From contig CM097887.1 in NCBI GenBank assembly GCA_044892525.1, forward strand, positions 50,592,001 through 50,656,000: a stretch of DNA of 64,000 nt, read 5' to 3'. The position numbers and the translations under genes are program-made. Below the pieces are notes generated by a model. That model saw nothing but the letters and a program-made list of their open reading frames with translations, had not been told where the DNA came from and made no database searches. Positions 25,817-37,300 of this stretch are shown here, piece by piece (the stretch's first letter is position 1; each line of letters starts with the position of its first letter). This stretch comes from Schmidtea polychroa (Eukaryota).

Positions 25817-26719
25817 TTAGGAACATGCAGATTCGAGGACGAATCTAAAGAAAAGGGGAGATATGTTGAAGTTCAACAGGAGAGGTACAGAAATGAGGTG
25901 AAAAATGAATAAAAACACCGAGTGAAGGTTTTATCCATCCACAAAGTTTTAAGCTCTTGCTCCAGGCTTTTATATTTTCCAACAGAAACATTGAATTTGA
26001 AGGAGTTAAAAATTCTCGCCCGCTCAGGACCATGATTTTCAGTTTCTGCATTGAGTGCCAATCGAACAGAAGATCTGTCAGGAGATACACTATTGTGCTC
26101 AGATACATCACGTCCCCGTTTCTTGTGTTTACGGTGAACGTGCTTAATAGATCGCTGCTTTGAAGATACACGATCAATCTTGTCAGGAGTTCGCACAGTG
26201 GGCACAGGTGAGCGAGACAGTACGGGAGATAAACTGTTTGAATCGCTGTGGTCGCTACGAGATATTTTAGGCATACTGGGAGATCGTCCCTCAGGAGTGT
26301 TATTATGTCGTCTAGAAGATCTCGCCACTCGGTGCCTTTAAGTAGATCATACATCATCGGTGATATCGGAATATCTTCCATTTTCGTTGTTTTCGACACA
26401 TTGACTTCCTGCCATAGATAATCGCAATTGTTTTGAAATTGTATATTTAAAAATGAATTACATATTACTTATTACCTCCAAATGCTTCAAGAACCAATCC
26501 TAATCGAGAAGCGTGAGTTCCAATCAATAATGGATGACGTGTGTTATAGAATCGTTTATAACACTTAAACACGTCACTATCGATTTTAATATAAGCAGTA
26601 TTCACTCCTTCTTTATTGCAAAAATAACTTGGCAATTGATAGGTTGGAAATCTTGTATTTGGATTTATAAAGTAATTATTAATATCAATTAAAAATTTTT
26701 TTATAACTTCTTCAGACAT
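25817..26719 (-). pseudogene. Predicted spliced basic S/R-rich gene, copy 3
   Basis: Matches copy 1 at +9096. Confidence 0.6.
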
Positions 26720-26736
26720 TACAATTCTAAACTAAA

Positions 26737-28705
26737 ATGGCTCGTATTTATAAGGGTGAGTATCACATGCCTGGTTACAATTTTTTGTGGCCCAGGCACA
26801 AATACTGACATATGATTGGATAAAACACAAGAAAAAAATCCTGTGCCTGGCTGCGAACCAGTTGATGAAATTGATTTACTGTGCCTACAACATGACAAAG
26901 ACTACAAGAGCAAGTCCACACGTGTGCGGCATGAATCAGATAAAAGATTAGTTGCTGACTTGCAGTTAATCACAGATGATTCACTATGAACTAGACAGGT
27001 CTTTGCCAAACACGTAATTTTATTTACATTTCATTTGAAAATTTTTATAGAAAAATTAATGTTAACCAAAAATATGATGGATGAATTTATTAAAGAAAAT
27101 CGTCCTGAAAAAACTACATTAGACGTTATGAAAAGATTTGCAAAAAATTTACAAACAACAGAAGCTATTAATGATTTAGTTAAATATAACTTTCGTATGC
27201 AGCATAACACTGATATTTTAAAAAATAGTTTAAAAGGCAGAACAAAGCTTTATGTTAATGCAGGTGAAAGAATATTTGCATTGTACAGTGAACATATACA
27301 TCCACGAGTTATGTCATATTTGAGTAAATTAAAAGGTGATTTAGCAGTACCCGATGGCTTTAGGGCTTTATATCATTCCAATTCAATTAAATCTTTAACG
27401 AGCGATTTATTTCACCCTTTAAATCTAGGTCAAAAGTTCAAAAATACTACAGGTAATTATATTAACAGATCTGTCATTACTCCTCAGGTCACAAAGATTT
27501 TAACCATGTTTAGACAAAGATCTTTTTATAAAGGTATTGTTTTCAGATATGGTGGAACAGCATCAGATTTAATTGCTCAGGCTGGTATAACGGGGGGTCA
27601 TTTAGCAGCAGAGCATGTATGGGAAACTTTCGACCCACATAGTATAAATCCCGATCCCCGAGAACATATTTATGAAAGATATTCTGAAGAAGAAATGAAT
27701 AATTTAAAACCTTTAAGTGAACATGAAGGGTATTTTGACTATAGTGAATATTTATATCCAGATAGAGATTTTTTTTATAGTTTTCATAGAGATTATGACT
27801 ATGTTAATCCATTAGAAAACACTGTTCCAAATTATTTCGGCAAACAATATCAATATTTTTTAACAAAAGCTCAACATTTTGTTAAAGAATTAAGAAAAGA
27901 AAATTATAGTGTTAATTATCCCTGGAAGATACAAGATATAAAAGACTTAATGAGTGGTAATTATGTATTAAATAAATTATTTACAGATAATCCTGGTATG
28001 TTAGAACAGTTTCATATTACTTCTAAAGGTAATATAACAAAGTTTTTAACATCGGCTATGTTTCAAGCACATAAAACAATGGAATTACCAGATTACGACT
28101 CTAAAGACCCTCAGAAAGAACTATATGAATATGTACGTTTGAGATCTGTAGAAGAACAATGAAAAATTAATCCTTATGACACATATAATCCTGGTGAACC
28201 TAATTCGTGGTATGCATGGGCATCTGATGGTAAACAATATAAATGGACTGTCACTTCTTTTAGACATTATTGGAACCCCAGTACCAGACGTTTTCCTAGG
28301 AAATTACCCATTTCAGCGCTTTCAAAACAACAAGTCAATGATAAATTTACACAGTACCTTCATAGTTTTAATAATAATAAATTAAAATATAATTGGTTAC
28401 ATGGTCGTGGCGAAGGCAAGAATAAAGATATTCGCCTCCTCAACCGGGGAGAGTTAGAGATATTAAGATATCATTATCAATTAAACCATCATCAATCGAT
28501 TGAACACACTAGCTGGAAGGAAGCAACAAAAGAACAACTAACGCAATACATACGCAAAATGCCTAGAAACATACCTGTTAAGATAATAAATGAAATACAT
28601 CATAAAGATTTAACCAATCATATATTAAATAGTCACAAAGAACATGTCGAGAGCACTAGGGGTTCTGTATATACTGAACAAGCTATAAAATCATTAGGGC
28701 ACTAG
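26737..28705 (+). pseudogene. Disrupted PLA2-led ~655-aa ORF, copy 3
   Basis: Same lesions, plus two A>G changes (27596 S>G, 28512 N>S). Confidence 0.85.
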
Positions 28706-28981
28706 CAATTTCAGGAGGAATAGCCGGATATCTGTCGTAAGGTAGCGGTATAGTAGCATAGAACCGAGTAGCCAGAGTGAATAATTTTGTATATAATAAA
28801 TCTGTAAATATCGGTGTATATACACAATAATATTACATATAATACCCGTATGGAAACCATAAATGTCATAACAATAAAATTAAGCGAAAAATGAAAAATA
28901 ATAACTAAATAACGAACGAACGTAGAATATAAACACCAACTTGATAATATTATTATTTAGAAAAAGACACAAGAAAGAACA

Positions 28982-29281
28982 GTGACCCCAAACAATACAC
29001 CAACAGTACGAGTCGACAAAGGTTGTAAAGAAATATGGAGTAAAGTAATGTGCCAATTAGCAAATCGAACGAGAAATTACATAGAAGAGGCGAGGGAATG
29101 GGAATTCCATCAATCCCAGTGGTTAATTCAAAAATTGAGGGCAGAGTCGGAAGCCTGCAAAAGAGCCGCAAAATGGTCGGCATTAGAGAATACCCGGCAA
29201 GAAGCACACTGCCACTATTTAAAGCAGTTGGTAAGATATTTTATGGAGAACTCTTTAATATTAACTTACTTGATAGTTTAA
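28982..29281 (+). CDS. Hypothetical small helical protein of unknown family
   Basis: GC-richer 99-codon ORF with protein-like composition; non-ATG start in the ORF track; no motif recognised. Confidence 0.3.
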   Translation: MTPNNTPTVRVDKGCKEIWSKVMCQLANRTRNYIEEAREWEFHQSQWLIQKLRAESEACKRAAKWSALENTRQEAHCHYLKQLVRYFMENSLILTYLIV

Positions 29282-30425
29282 AGTAAATTTAATATAATTG
29301 TTCTTGTGTGAGATTTAGTTTTCGTATTTGACGATTAATTAAATTGAAAGTCAGAGAACGATATTCCTTATTTTGTTACAGTTCGTTTGTTTACTATTAT
29401 ATAATAAATTTAAACAAACATTTTAGTGATTTTAAAATTTACTTGCTTGATAAAAAATGAATAAATAATATTCTAATAAATTTCAGTGAAATTTAAAAAG
29501 GCAGCAACATAGAAATTTCACACCCTCAAAACTTGTAGCGCTAGCCCTGGTAATAGGTACATTAGTCGAAAGATCTGCAAATCTTGCGCATATCACCGCT
29601 CAATTTGACTTGCCGTCCATCGTTCTTCTCCGATGTTCTAAGAGAATGGCAATATCAAAACAGACATTCTTTCAAAAAGAAGAAATAAATAGTGAAACGG
29701 AGTTTCAAACAGCAATGAAAAAAATGGTAAATCAGCAGTGGTTTTTGATGAGTGATGATTAAAATTAGTCTTGTGAAATCATAATAAGCTCTCTATTGGA
29801 TCCATTTTGAATTTCTTAGTGTTGAATTTGTTAGTTGTTTTTAATTAAAATTTGAAATTAACTTGGTTTTCATTTATATATCCACGTGTAACGGAATTTT
29901 TTTATATAAAACTTTGAATGTACATATTAACTTGTGTTGGGCTAAACTTCGAGAGTGTCGAAAATCGGGCTAAGAACGAATAAATAGGATAAAACAAATT
30001 TTCAATAAAATCACGAGAAATATAAGAATAACTAAAGCAGATAACAATAAAAGAAATAAGAATATAAAAGAAATAAAAATAACTAATAAAACAATAGAAT
30101 GCATAAGGCGAAATAAGGTGAAATTACCCAACACACATGGTAGGAAAAGGAAAAAACATAAAATAACAAAAAACGTAAGAAATAAACGAGAAATTTAAGA
30201 AAATAAAATAGAAATCCTCAAATAAATGTATAGGCGAATTAAAACAAAAATTGTATTACGATAAAATGACAATAAACGCGCAGGAAAAACGGGAGGAAAA
30301 TAATAAAAAAATACTAAAATAAATAAAATATTAATACAAATAGGAAAAAGTTATTAAAACCCAACACATTTCAATAAAAACACCTAAATAATAATAAATA
30401 AAAAATATCACAAACAAGGCGCGTC

Positions 30426-30451
30426 CTGATTGGACGAAGAATAGTATATAA
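30426..30451 (+). promoter_or_regulatory. Inverted CCAAT (CTGATTGG) + TATA element
   Basis: CTGATTGG 30426-30433 and TATATAA 30445-30451. The same arrangement occurs at 11992-12022, both after long A-rich tracts. Confidence 0.55.
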
Positions 30452-30519
30452 CGGAAGGGAAAAATCTGTAGAGTACCACTTTTAATCGCTACTCTACAGG
30501 TAAAAATTTTTGTTTTATT

Positions 30520-30753
30520 ATGACCACCACTTTTAATCGCTACTCTACAGCAATCTTGAACACCATTTTCGACTACGATTCAACGAAAAATACAATCGAC
30601 TACCAGTACCTAGCGGAACCAAAAGAAAACGATTTATTGAACATTTACCAATTTTTGACTCTCGAGGGATATTATTTAGTAAGTATGGTGATTGATTTAA
30701 ATGCCTTTTATGATGATGATATTAAATATTTCTATGAATTCGATATTGAATAA
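30520..30753 (+). CDS. Small acidic hypothetical protein inside the LTR-like unit
   Basis: ATG-initiated 77-aa ORF about 70 nt downstream of the TATA element; D/E/Y-rich. Confidence 0.45.
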   Translation: MTTTFNRYSTAILNTIFDYDSTKNTIDYQYLAEPKENDLLNIYQFLTLEGYYLVSMVIDLNAFYDDDIKYFYEFDIE

Positions 30754-30759
30754 ATTCTT

Positions 30760-30981
30760 TTAGTATAATAAATGTTTTAATTTTCGAAAGATGTTCCTCT
30801 CTCTCTCTATGGTGCTGACGACGATGTCGTCTGGGACTCCAATATGATGCGGGAAATCAAATAAATCCGTGGAAGAAGCCACGAGGATGGCGGCTAGAAA
30901 TGACATTAAAAATCGGGACGAAGTTAGATTTATAGCAATAGAGATAATTGAACGATCGTGATGATTGTGGGGCGGCATCAT
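30760..30981 (-). CDS. Small hypothetical protein, convergent with the 30520 ORF
   Basis: ATG-initiated 73-aa GC-richer ORF with a hydrophobic stretch. Confidence 0.3.
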   Translation of the reverse strand: MMPPHNHHDRSIISIAINLTSSRFLMSFLAAILVASSTDLFDFPHHIGVPDDIVVSTIERERNIFRKLKHLLY

Positions 30982-32048
30982 ATTCGAGACTCAGACGGCG
31001 TGGTCGCCAGACAAGTGAATTTTATTATAACGATTTATTTTATAACACCATACCATGTATTTAATCATATTTATTACAAAAGCCTTTTTGTTCTTTTTAA
31101 TTGACGAAGTGAGGAGATCGAATCGTCCTTCCTGGCGGTCTAGGGATGGTGGCAGCGATGATTGCCGTCCTTAGGTGGGTCAGGAGGGGTGAGGACATCC
31201 GGCGGACGATATTACTACTGCACGGGAAATTCTGTCACTGAGTGATGTCTGCGTCCGAATCAGGCACCCACGTACGTAAGGCATGTACTCATGAAAACTC
31301 TAATGGAACTTCCCATCGGTAACGTCACAGGAACATATGCACGCACACCCGGTAGCAAAATTCGTTCCAGCAAAGATGACATCAAATCCAATCGGGAGAG
31401 TTCTATATGACGTCATAGTTACATAATGAAATAGGCCTTACCTGAGATAGTAGAGTGTGTGTAGAAACCAATGAGCAGGCCGAATTTTCATATAGTGATA
31501 TAACATCTTCACACGGCAGTCGTGATGTAAGCAGATAAACATATTATGGTACACACATTCACTAGTCTACGTCGTCATGACAACCATTATCGCAGTGATT
31601 TAAAAACAAACACTCGAAAATAATAATGGGTGAAATCAGTAATTACGAATTAAATGTTTAATCGATTGATTTTATATACGGTCAGGAACCTAAATCGGAT
31701 TTTCTTGTTCTATTAATTCAATAATGCCTAATTCTTGATAACGAGAGAGACATAATACAGAGAAAGATAATTAGGTAGTTTAATAAACCAGATTAATACT
31801 ATTAAAATAACAATCGCGAGACGGCAATAATATATTTAACCAAAACCGACAAGATTGACATAGACGAGTAAATTTAAGGTGACTATTCTCATTTTCTTTC
31901 AAATAAGTTAGAGAGATTTGTGCGAATTATCATGAATGATCTGTGGCATGCATGAGTTTATGGACGAATGTTGAACGTATGTGTGAGATAATTTTTTTTA
32001 AGTTCGTTTTATGAGGGAGGTGGGTGATTGAACCCGCGCTGCACAAAT

Positions 32049-32864
32049 ATGATCGTCGATCAACTAAATGCGAAAAACAAATTTGATATCTTTGATCTTC
32101 AGATGACTACCCCAATCAATACCGAGAAAATTCTTCGTCCTTGTTTTTCCTGCGCGGACAAAAATGCTGACATCGCGCAGCTTCACCTCTACATCGGGGC
32201 TCTCAAGAAAAGAATCGACCTTTACGAAGGCACGTGGTTCTCCCCGCCACAAATGAAGGAGGAGAGAAGTAAAGTATTGCGGCTAGAACATTGTAGAGAT
32301 AGCTTGCTGGAGGAAAGCCGATGTCAACGGCTTACAATCAAAGCCCAATCAGAAGCCCTCCACAAGGTATACACGGAGGCAGAGCTAGCCAAGCGGGTAC
32401 GGGAATTTCCCGTCATAGAAAAAATGAACGTTTTTCCTCTCCATCACCAAGTATCCAAACCAACTACTACGAGCTGCCAAGGGCATGGACCGTGCCTACC
32501 GCCCATCCCAGCTCCAATTTTATCGGGTTCTCAACCTGTGGTAGGTGGACCTACCGACCCCATCTTGGATCCAATTCTGGTGGCACCCGTCGTCACCCCG
32601 CACACTGAAAACCACCCGTCGTCCCGCAAACGGAAACGGCCGACCCGAGCCGAGAAAAATCAGAAACGCCGAGACGCGATGGCTGCTCTCGAGGCGTCCC
32701 TATCGGTGGCTCAATCTACCATAAAAGAAATATCCTCCAGCCATTCCATTCCAACTAAGGAAATCTTTCGCAGAATTCCAGCAGAAGGTATTAAGTATAT
32801 GTCCGACCACCGATTGCCCGTCGACATCGACGAGATGATCGCGGAAGGCGAGGGGTTTCCGTAA
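32049..32864 (+). CDS. Hypothetical coiled-coil/Pro-rich protein with NLS-like RKRKRP, inside the LTR-like unit
   Basis: Long intact ORF (first ATG 32049) in an AT-rich genome. A diverged homologue at 13560-14072 conserves amino acids, indicating real coding history. Confidence 0.75.
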   Translation: MIVDQLNAKNKFDIFDLQMTTPINTEKILRPCFSCADKNADIAQLHLYIGALKKRIDLYEGTWFSPPQMKEERSKVLRLEHCRDSLLEESRCQRLTIKAQSEALHKVYTEAELAKRVREFPVIEKMNVFPLHHQVSKPTTTSCQGHGPCLPPIPAPILSGSQPVVGGPTDPILDPILVAPVVTPHTENHPSSRKRKRPTRAEKNQKRRDAMAALEASLSVAQSTIKEISSSHSIPTKEIFRRIPAEGIKYMSDHRLPVDIDEMIAEGEGFP

Positions 32865-34392
32865 TGACCCCTTCCATTGGCCAAATATTTTCGTGCAGCA
32901 TAAAGAAACTCGAAGAAGTGACGTTATCCTATATATGCCCGTTGATGTTTTGTGCTTATTTATTTAATGATAAATGTATTTCTTTGTGGTTTTGTTGTTC
33001 AATATAACTGTTCACATCCTTTGATTTTGTCCCTAGTATGCATGGATTGCTGTGATTGATTTAAGTGAAAGGTACTTCTGAAGATATGATACGAACTTAA
33101 ATGTCGACCCTTCGGACCAGGGTCAGACTGGATTTCGTGTGAAGCAATGGGTAAGACCTTCTAAGGCACCGTAGAACCCGTACCGAGAAAGGGTTAGGAG
33201 TAGTCTTAAGGCAGAGGCTCACCTGCTAACCTTTTCCAACCCGTGTGGGCAGCACCAACGTGGAACATAACCACGGGCTCATGCGTGGGAATATGTACAT
33301 GATCATTTGGTGTATGTATGGGGAGTATCTGAGCGGAGTAATGATGCAGGGTGTGTGAGACGATAGTGCGTGCAATAATTTCCTTTTCCCCCACATATGC
33401 CAACACTTGATTTATAATACTTCAAAGTTTCGTAGATCAGTTTCGATATAACACAGTAAGAATGACACCTACAGTTAGAATTATTATATATAACAAGTTC
33501 TCATTGAAAATATTCCGTGATAAACAAAATTTATATATTCATCAAATAGCAAATAAAATTACACGTTTAAAAGTGAAAAATCCAAATATGATACAAAACA
33601 AAAAATTATCGATGAAAATAATGACAGGTTCATAAAACATTAAATGATGAATAATTATTTATAAATTGCAAAAATTTTAAAATTAATTATCAATCAAAAA
33701 TTACATATACGCCTACGTGAAATCTGAGTCTTGGAAATAATTAATTTTTTCACTTTCGTGTTTAACCAATATTATAACCGTAAATTATAATCCCATCAAA
33801 TTTTGAACTCAGCCGAGATATAAAACTTAAATATTCTGATTTTCATTAACTTTTTGAACTAAAACCAATTTTCCATCAATTGATTTTATTAGAAATGAAC
33901 TATTACCTCATTGATAAATAGTGAATAAAGCATTAATACTTTTTCTAAAAGCTTAAAACTATTTCTGTTGCTGGGATTTGAAGTAATTTAAAAAACCGAA
34001 AATATAGAGAAAAAACAATTCTGTTTTATTAAATACACAAAGAACAAAATTAAACCAGTGAATATTTAAACAAACGTCGAAATAATTAAAAATCCACTTT
34101 TACTTATAAATTTTAAAAATAAATTAATGAAATTTTTATAAATATTTATTTATTAATAATATTTAAATTAAATTATTCAATATTTAATTTTTAGGAAAAA
34201 ATGTTTCTTAAACAAAGATGAATTAATTCGAAAATGGTGCAACCAATAGAAATTAAGGAAACTGGTGAGTAAAAGAGATTTCAATAATTGTGACAAATTA
34301 TAAACAAAGTTATTGATTAAAGTTTTGTTTATGTCTGAAGTAAGTTTGATAAAGCACAATTATGAAGACTTATTGATGATTAAATACTCTAG

Positions 34393-37300
34393 ACCCAGAA
34401 AAAGCTTCTGATCAAATGTGGAACTGTAATAAATCACGATTGTACATATGATGCTGATGTATTAATTGAAAATGGCAAAATTGTGAATATTGCAAATAAT
34501 CTTGAAGATCCATCAGCTGAGTGCATAGATGCTACTGGTTGTTTTGTGATTCCAGGTAACTTAATAATAAAGTTATTGATTTGATTCTGTTACGTAATCT
34601 TAATTACAATTTATATATAAAAAATATTTTAATTTGAACCCATAGAAAATTTTTTTATTTTAATAGATTGCACATATCTGAGTTGATATAATGAAATCGT
34701 GCAGGGATAGTTAATTTGACCTATGTTGATTTAATGTATTTATTTATGTATACATTTAGAAAATATTCAAATTAAATTACACGGCTGATAGACTTTTGAT
34801 AGTGAAAATAGTTGCAGGAATTGTAACTCTTAGTGTGATTCACAAGCAGCACTAATGGCATTTATTGAAAATCAGTAGTCACATAAATTTTATGTGTAGA
34901 GAAATTTTTAAAGTAACCGTTTCTATTTTAAGATCATTAAAAATTTTGCGATTTGTTTAATTTATATTATTGACAGTCTATGGCTTACACTTTCCATAAT
35001 ATCTAAGTGAATATGTTTGATTTCTGTTAAGATGCTGAAGTAAAACATTTCTATAGATAGTGATATTAAATTTATTTCTTCAAGGGAAATGTTGATAATT
35101 TTATTTTTTCCCGTGAGCCATGCTTTTATTCTGCCAATCAGAAGCCACAATGCTAGATGGCTCACTTCTTCCCATTGTGGCTTCAAAACATTTATTTAGT
35201 TATTTGTATATTGTAAAATAATGCATTTCATTTTAAAATTAGGAGGAGTAGACGCAGAAACATATTTCGCCGCCAAAAGAGGTGGTATTGTAAGTCCAGA
35301 AAATTATTTCTCCGGTACAAAGGCTGCGATATATGGTGGAACTACCACTGTCGGTAATTATTTATCTCAATACTAATATTTATTTTTAATATAATGTAAT
35401 TATTTAGTTAACTGTCTTGAAATAATCAAGGATGAATCTTTGAAAGAGAAATATGAAATTGAGAAGGAAATAATTTCTAAGGAAATTGTGTGCAATCTGG
35501 CTGTACAGCTCTGTTTGCCGGAAGTTAATGATACTATTAAATCACAATTTTATGAATTACTGCAATCTAAATCCGTTGTCCCGTTGGTCAGATTATCAAC
35601 TGTGGATAAAGGTTGTCATTGTGTGAGAATCGATGATCAAGAACTGTATGATGCATTGTGCTGGTGTAGAGATAATTCTGTGCTACCAACCGTGCATGCT
35701 GAAAATGATAAGATGGTTGCAATTCTTGAGAAAGAATTACTAGCTATTGGGATAACTGGTCCTGAAGGTCATTATTTATCTAGACCCGAAAAGGTAAGTT
35801 GCTTTAATATGAGCTTTGATTTTATGTAGCTCTTTTTTTATTTTTTTAAATACACTTTGAAAAGGCATTGCCGAAAATTTGTGAATATCAAAAACATCGA
35901 TATATTTACTGGTTCATAGTCAAGCTTTTTAATAAATACAATATTTATGATGCCGATAATAAGGTCATTAATAATAATTTATTATGATAATAATTAATAA
36001 TGATAATGTTAATGAAAAAATTAAGTGATAATTTAAGTCTTTTGATGTGAATAATGTATATAATGAAAACATTTTCAACTATAAGATAGTCCTTGTCAAT
36101 CTCCTGGAATCTAGTATTCCTCTTCCCAAAAATACATCTCGATTTTTCTTTTTTGTCATTTTTCCTACTTTTCATTGGTTAAAAATATAATATAATGATA
36201 TACTTTCTTTTTCTGAAGAATCTTTAAAAATTTTATTTAAAATTAAAATCAAATATCCTCTAAAATTCAAAATGAAACACCAACCAAAATTTTTAAAGCT
36301 TCTATAATTCGGCCATAGAAGCATATTTTAGTGAAAAAATATTTATAAAATAAAGCTTACAATAACTATTTCTATACGCGATTTAAATATTTTAATATAT
36401 GTCAATTTTGATCTTTATTCCTATCTTTTAAAAGCATATTTCCTAAAATTTTTATATTATTTTAATTATTGTTTTATAATTTTTTTTAATATCAGTTATT
36501 TTCAAGGTCAATGACAACAGATCAAATTGATGATTTCTTTAGTATTGATTGTTGGCCGTCTATGTCTAATGAGAATTGCTTCTTTGAATCTGACCTTTTT
36601 TTGGATGTTTCCATTGGCTACGATTTCGATTGAAATATTTTTTCGTTCCTTCCTTGGTTGACATTGTTGGAGATGTCTGTATAACGACAATTTCCACCAA
36701 GATATAGATGTTCTTTAACTATTTGGTACAAGGTCCTGAGTGTACTTCCAATGTATATTTCCTTGCATACACTGCACGTGATGCAGAAGACAATGTTTTT
36801 TCTAAAGCACATATCTTTCGGTCTCTGTCAATTTTCCATTATGCAATTATTTTCTTTATTTGTGTTGTTGGCCAGGGCTTTTCTCAATATCCAAGATTTA
36901 TGTGCTATCGGAATTGGAAGACCGGTGCGTTTAAGTTCTTTCAGGATCTTGGAGTCAAGTATGTTGATGAATGGAACATTCAGATAGAAATATTTCTTTT
37001 TTGTGTAATCTCCCTAGATCTTTTTGGTTTTGGATTCATTTTTTCACTGTCCTTACTATGATATCCGTTTCTGTGTAGGATTTTATTAAAATTTGATTGC
37101 TGTTTAAAGTTCTCGTTTTCTTCAGTGCATCGATTGGCTATCCTTTGTTTCTCGTTTTTTATGACATGTACTTTCTGTAAATATGGAAGCGCTGATCTTT
37201 CGTGCATAAATATTTATTTGTGAGCTGCTTTTCTGTAGAACCCGTATGTTGGAGTATTTGTTTCTATTTTAATTCTTTAATCCAATAAATTGAGGGATCC

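Larger units (their letters stand above)
15234..28835 (+). repeat. Tandem head-to-tail array of three 4548-bp units (third lacks the right TIR)
   Basis: Identical ORF sets at +4548 and +9096. Units start at 15272, 19820 and 24368, preceded by (AT)n at 15234-15271. Only four differences noticed by eye. Confidence 0.98.
24368..28835 (+). mobile_element. Virus-like TIR element, copy 3, truncated at the inner edge of the right TIR
   Basis: Identity with copy 1 stops at the position equivalent to 19739 (...AATAATATTA|CATATAATACCC). Confidence 0.85.
29935..33405 (+). mobile_element. 3471-bp solo-LTR-like unit carrying several ORFs, 4-bp TSD
   Basis: TGTTGG...CCAACA termini with CTTG on both sides (29931-29934, 33406-33409). 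An A-rich 5' tract, CCAAT/TATA promoter and 3' block are shared with the 11506-13127 unit. Confidence 0.75.

Noticed and set aside
15272-28835. Conventional densovirus/parvovirus endogenous element
   Set aside because: No NS1/Rep (HUH or SF3 Walker motifs) seen, the genes are divergent rather than convergent, and the body of the large ORF is not recognisably a parvoviral capsid.
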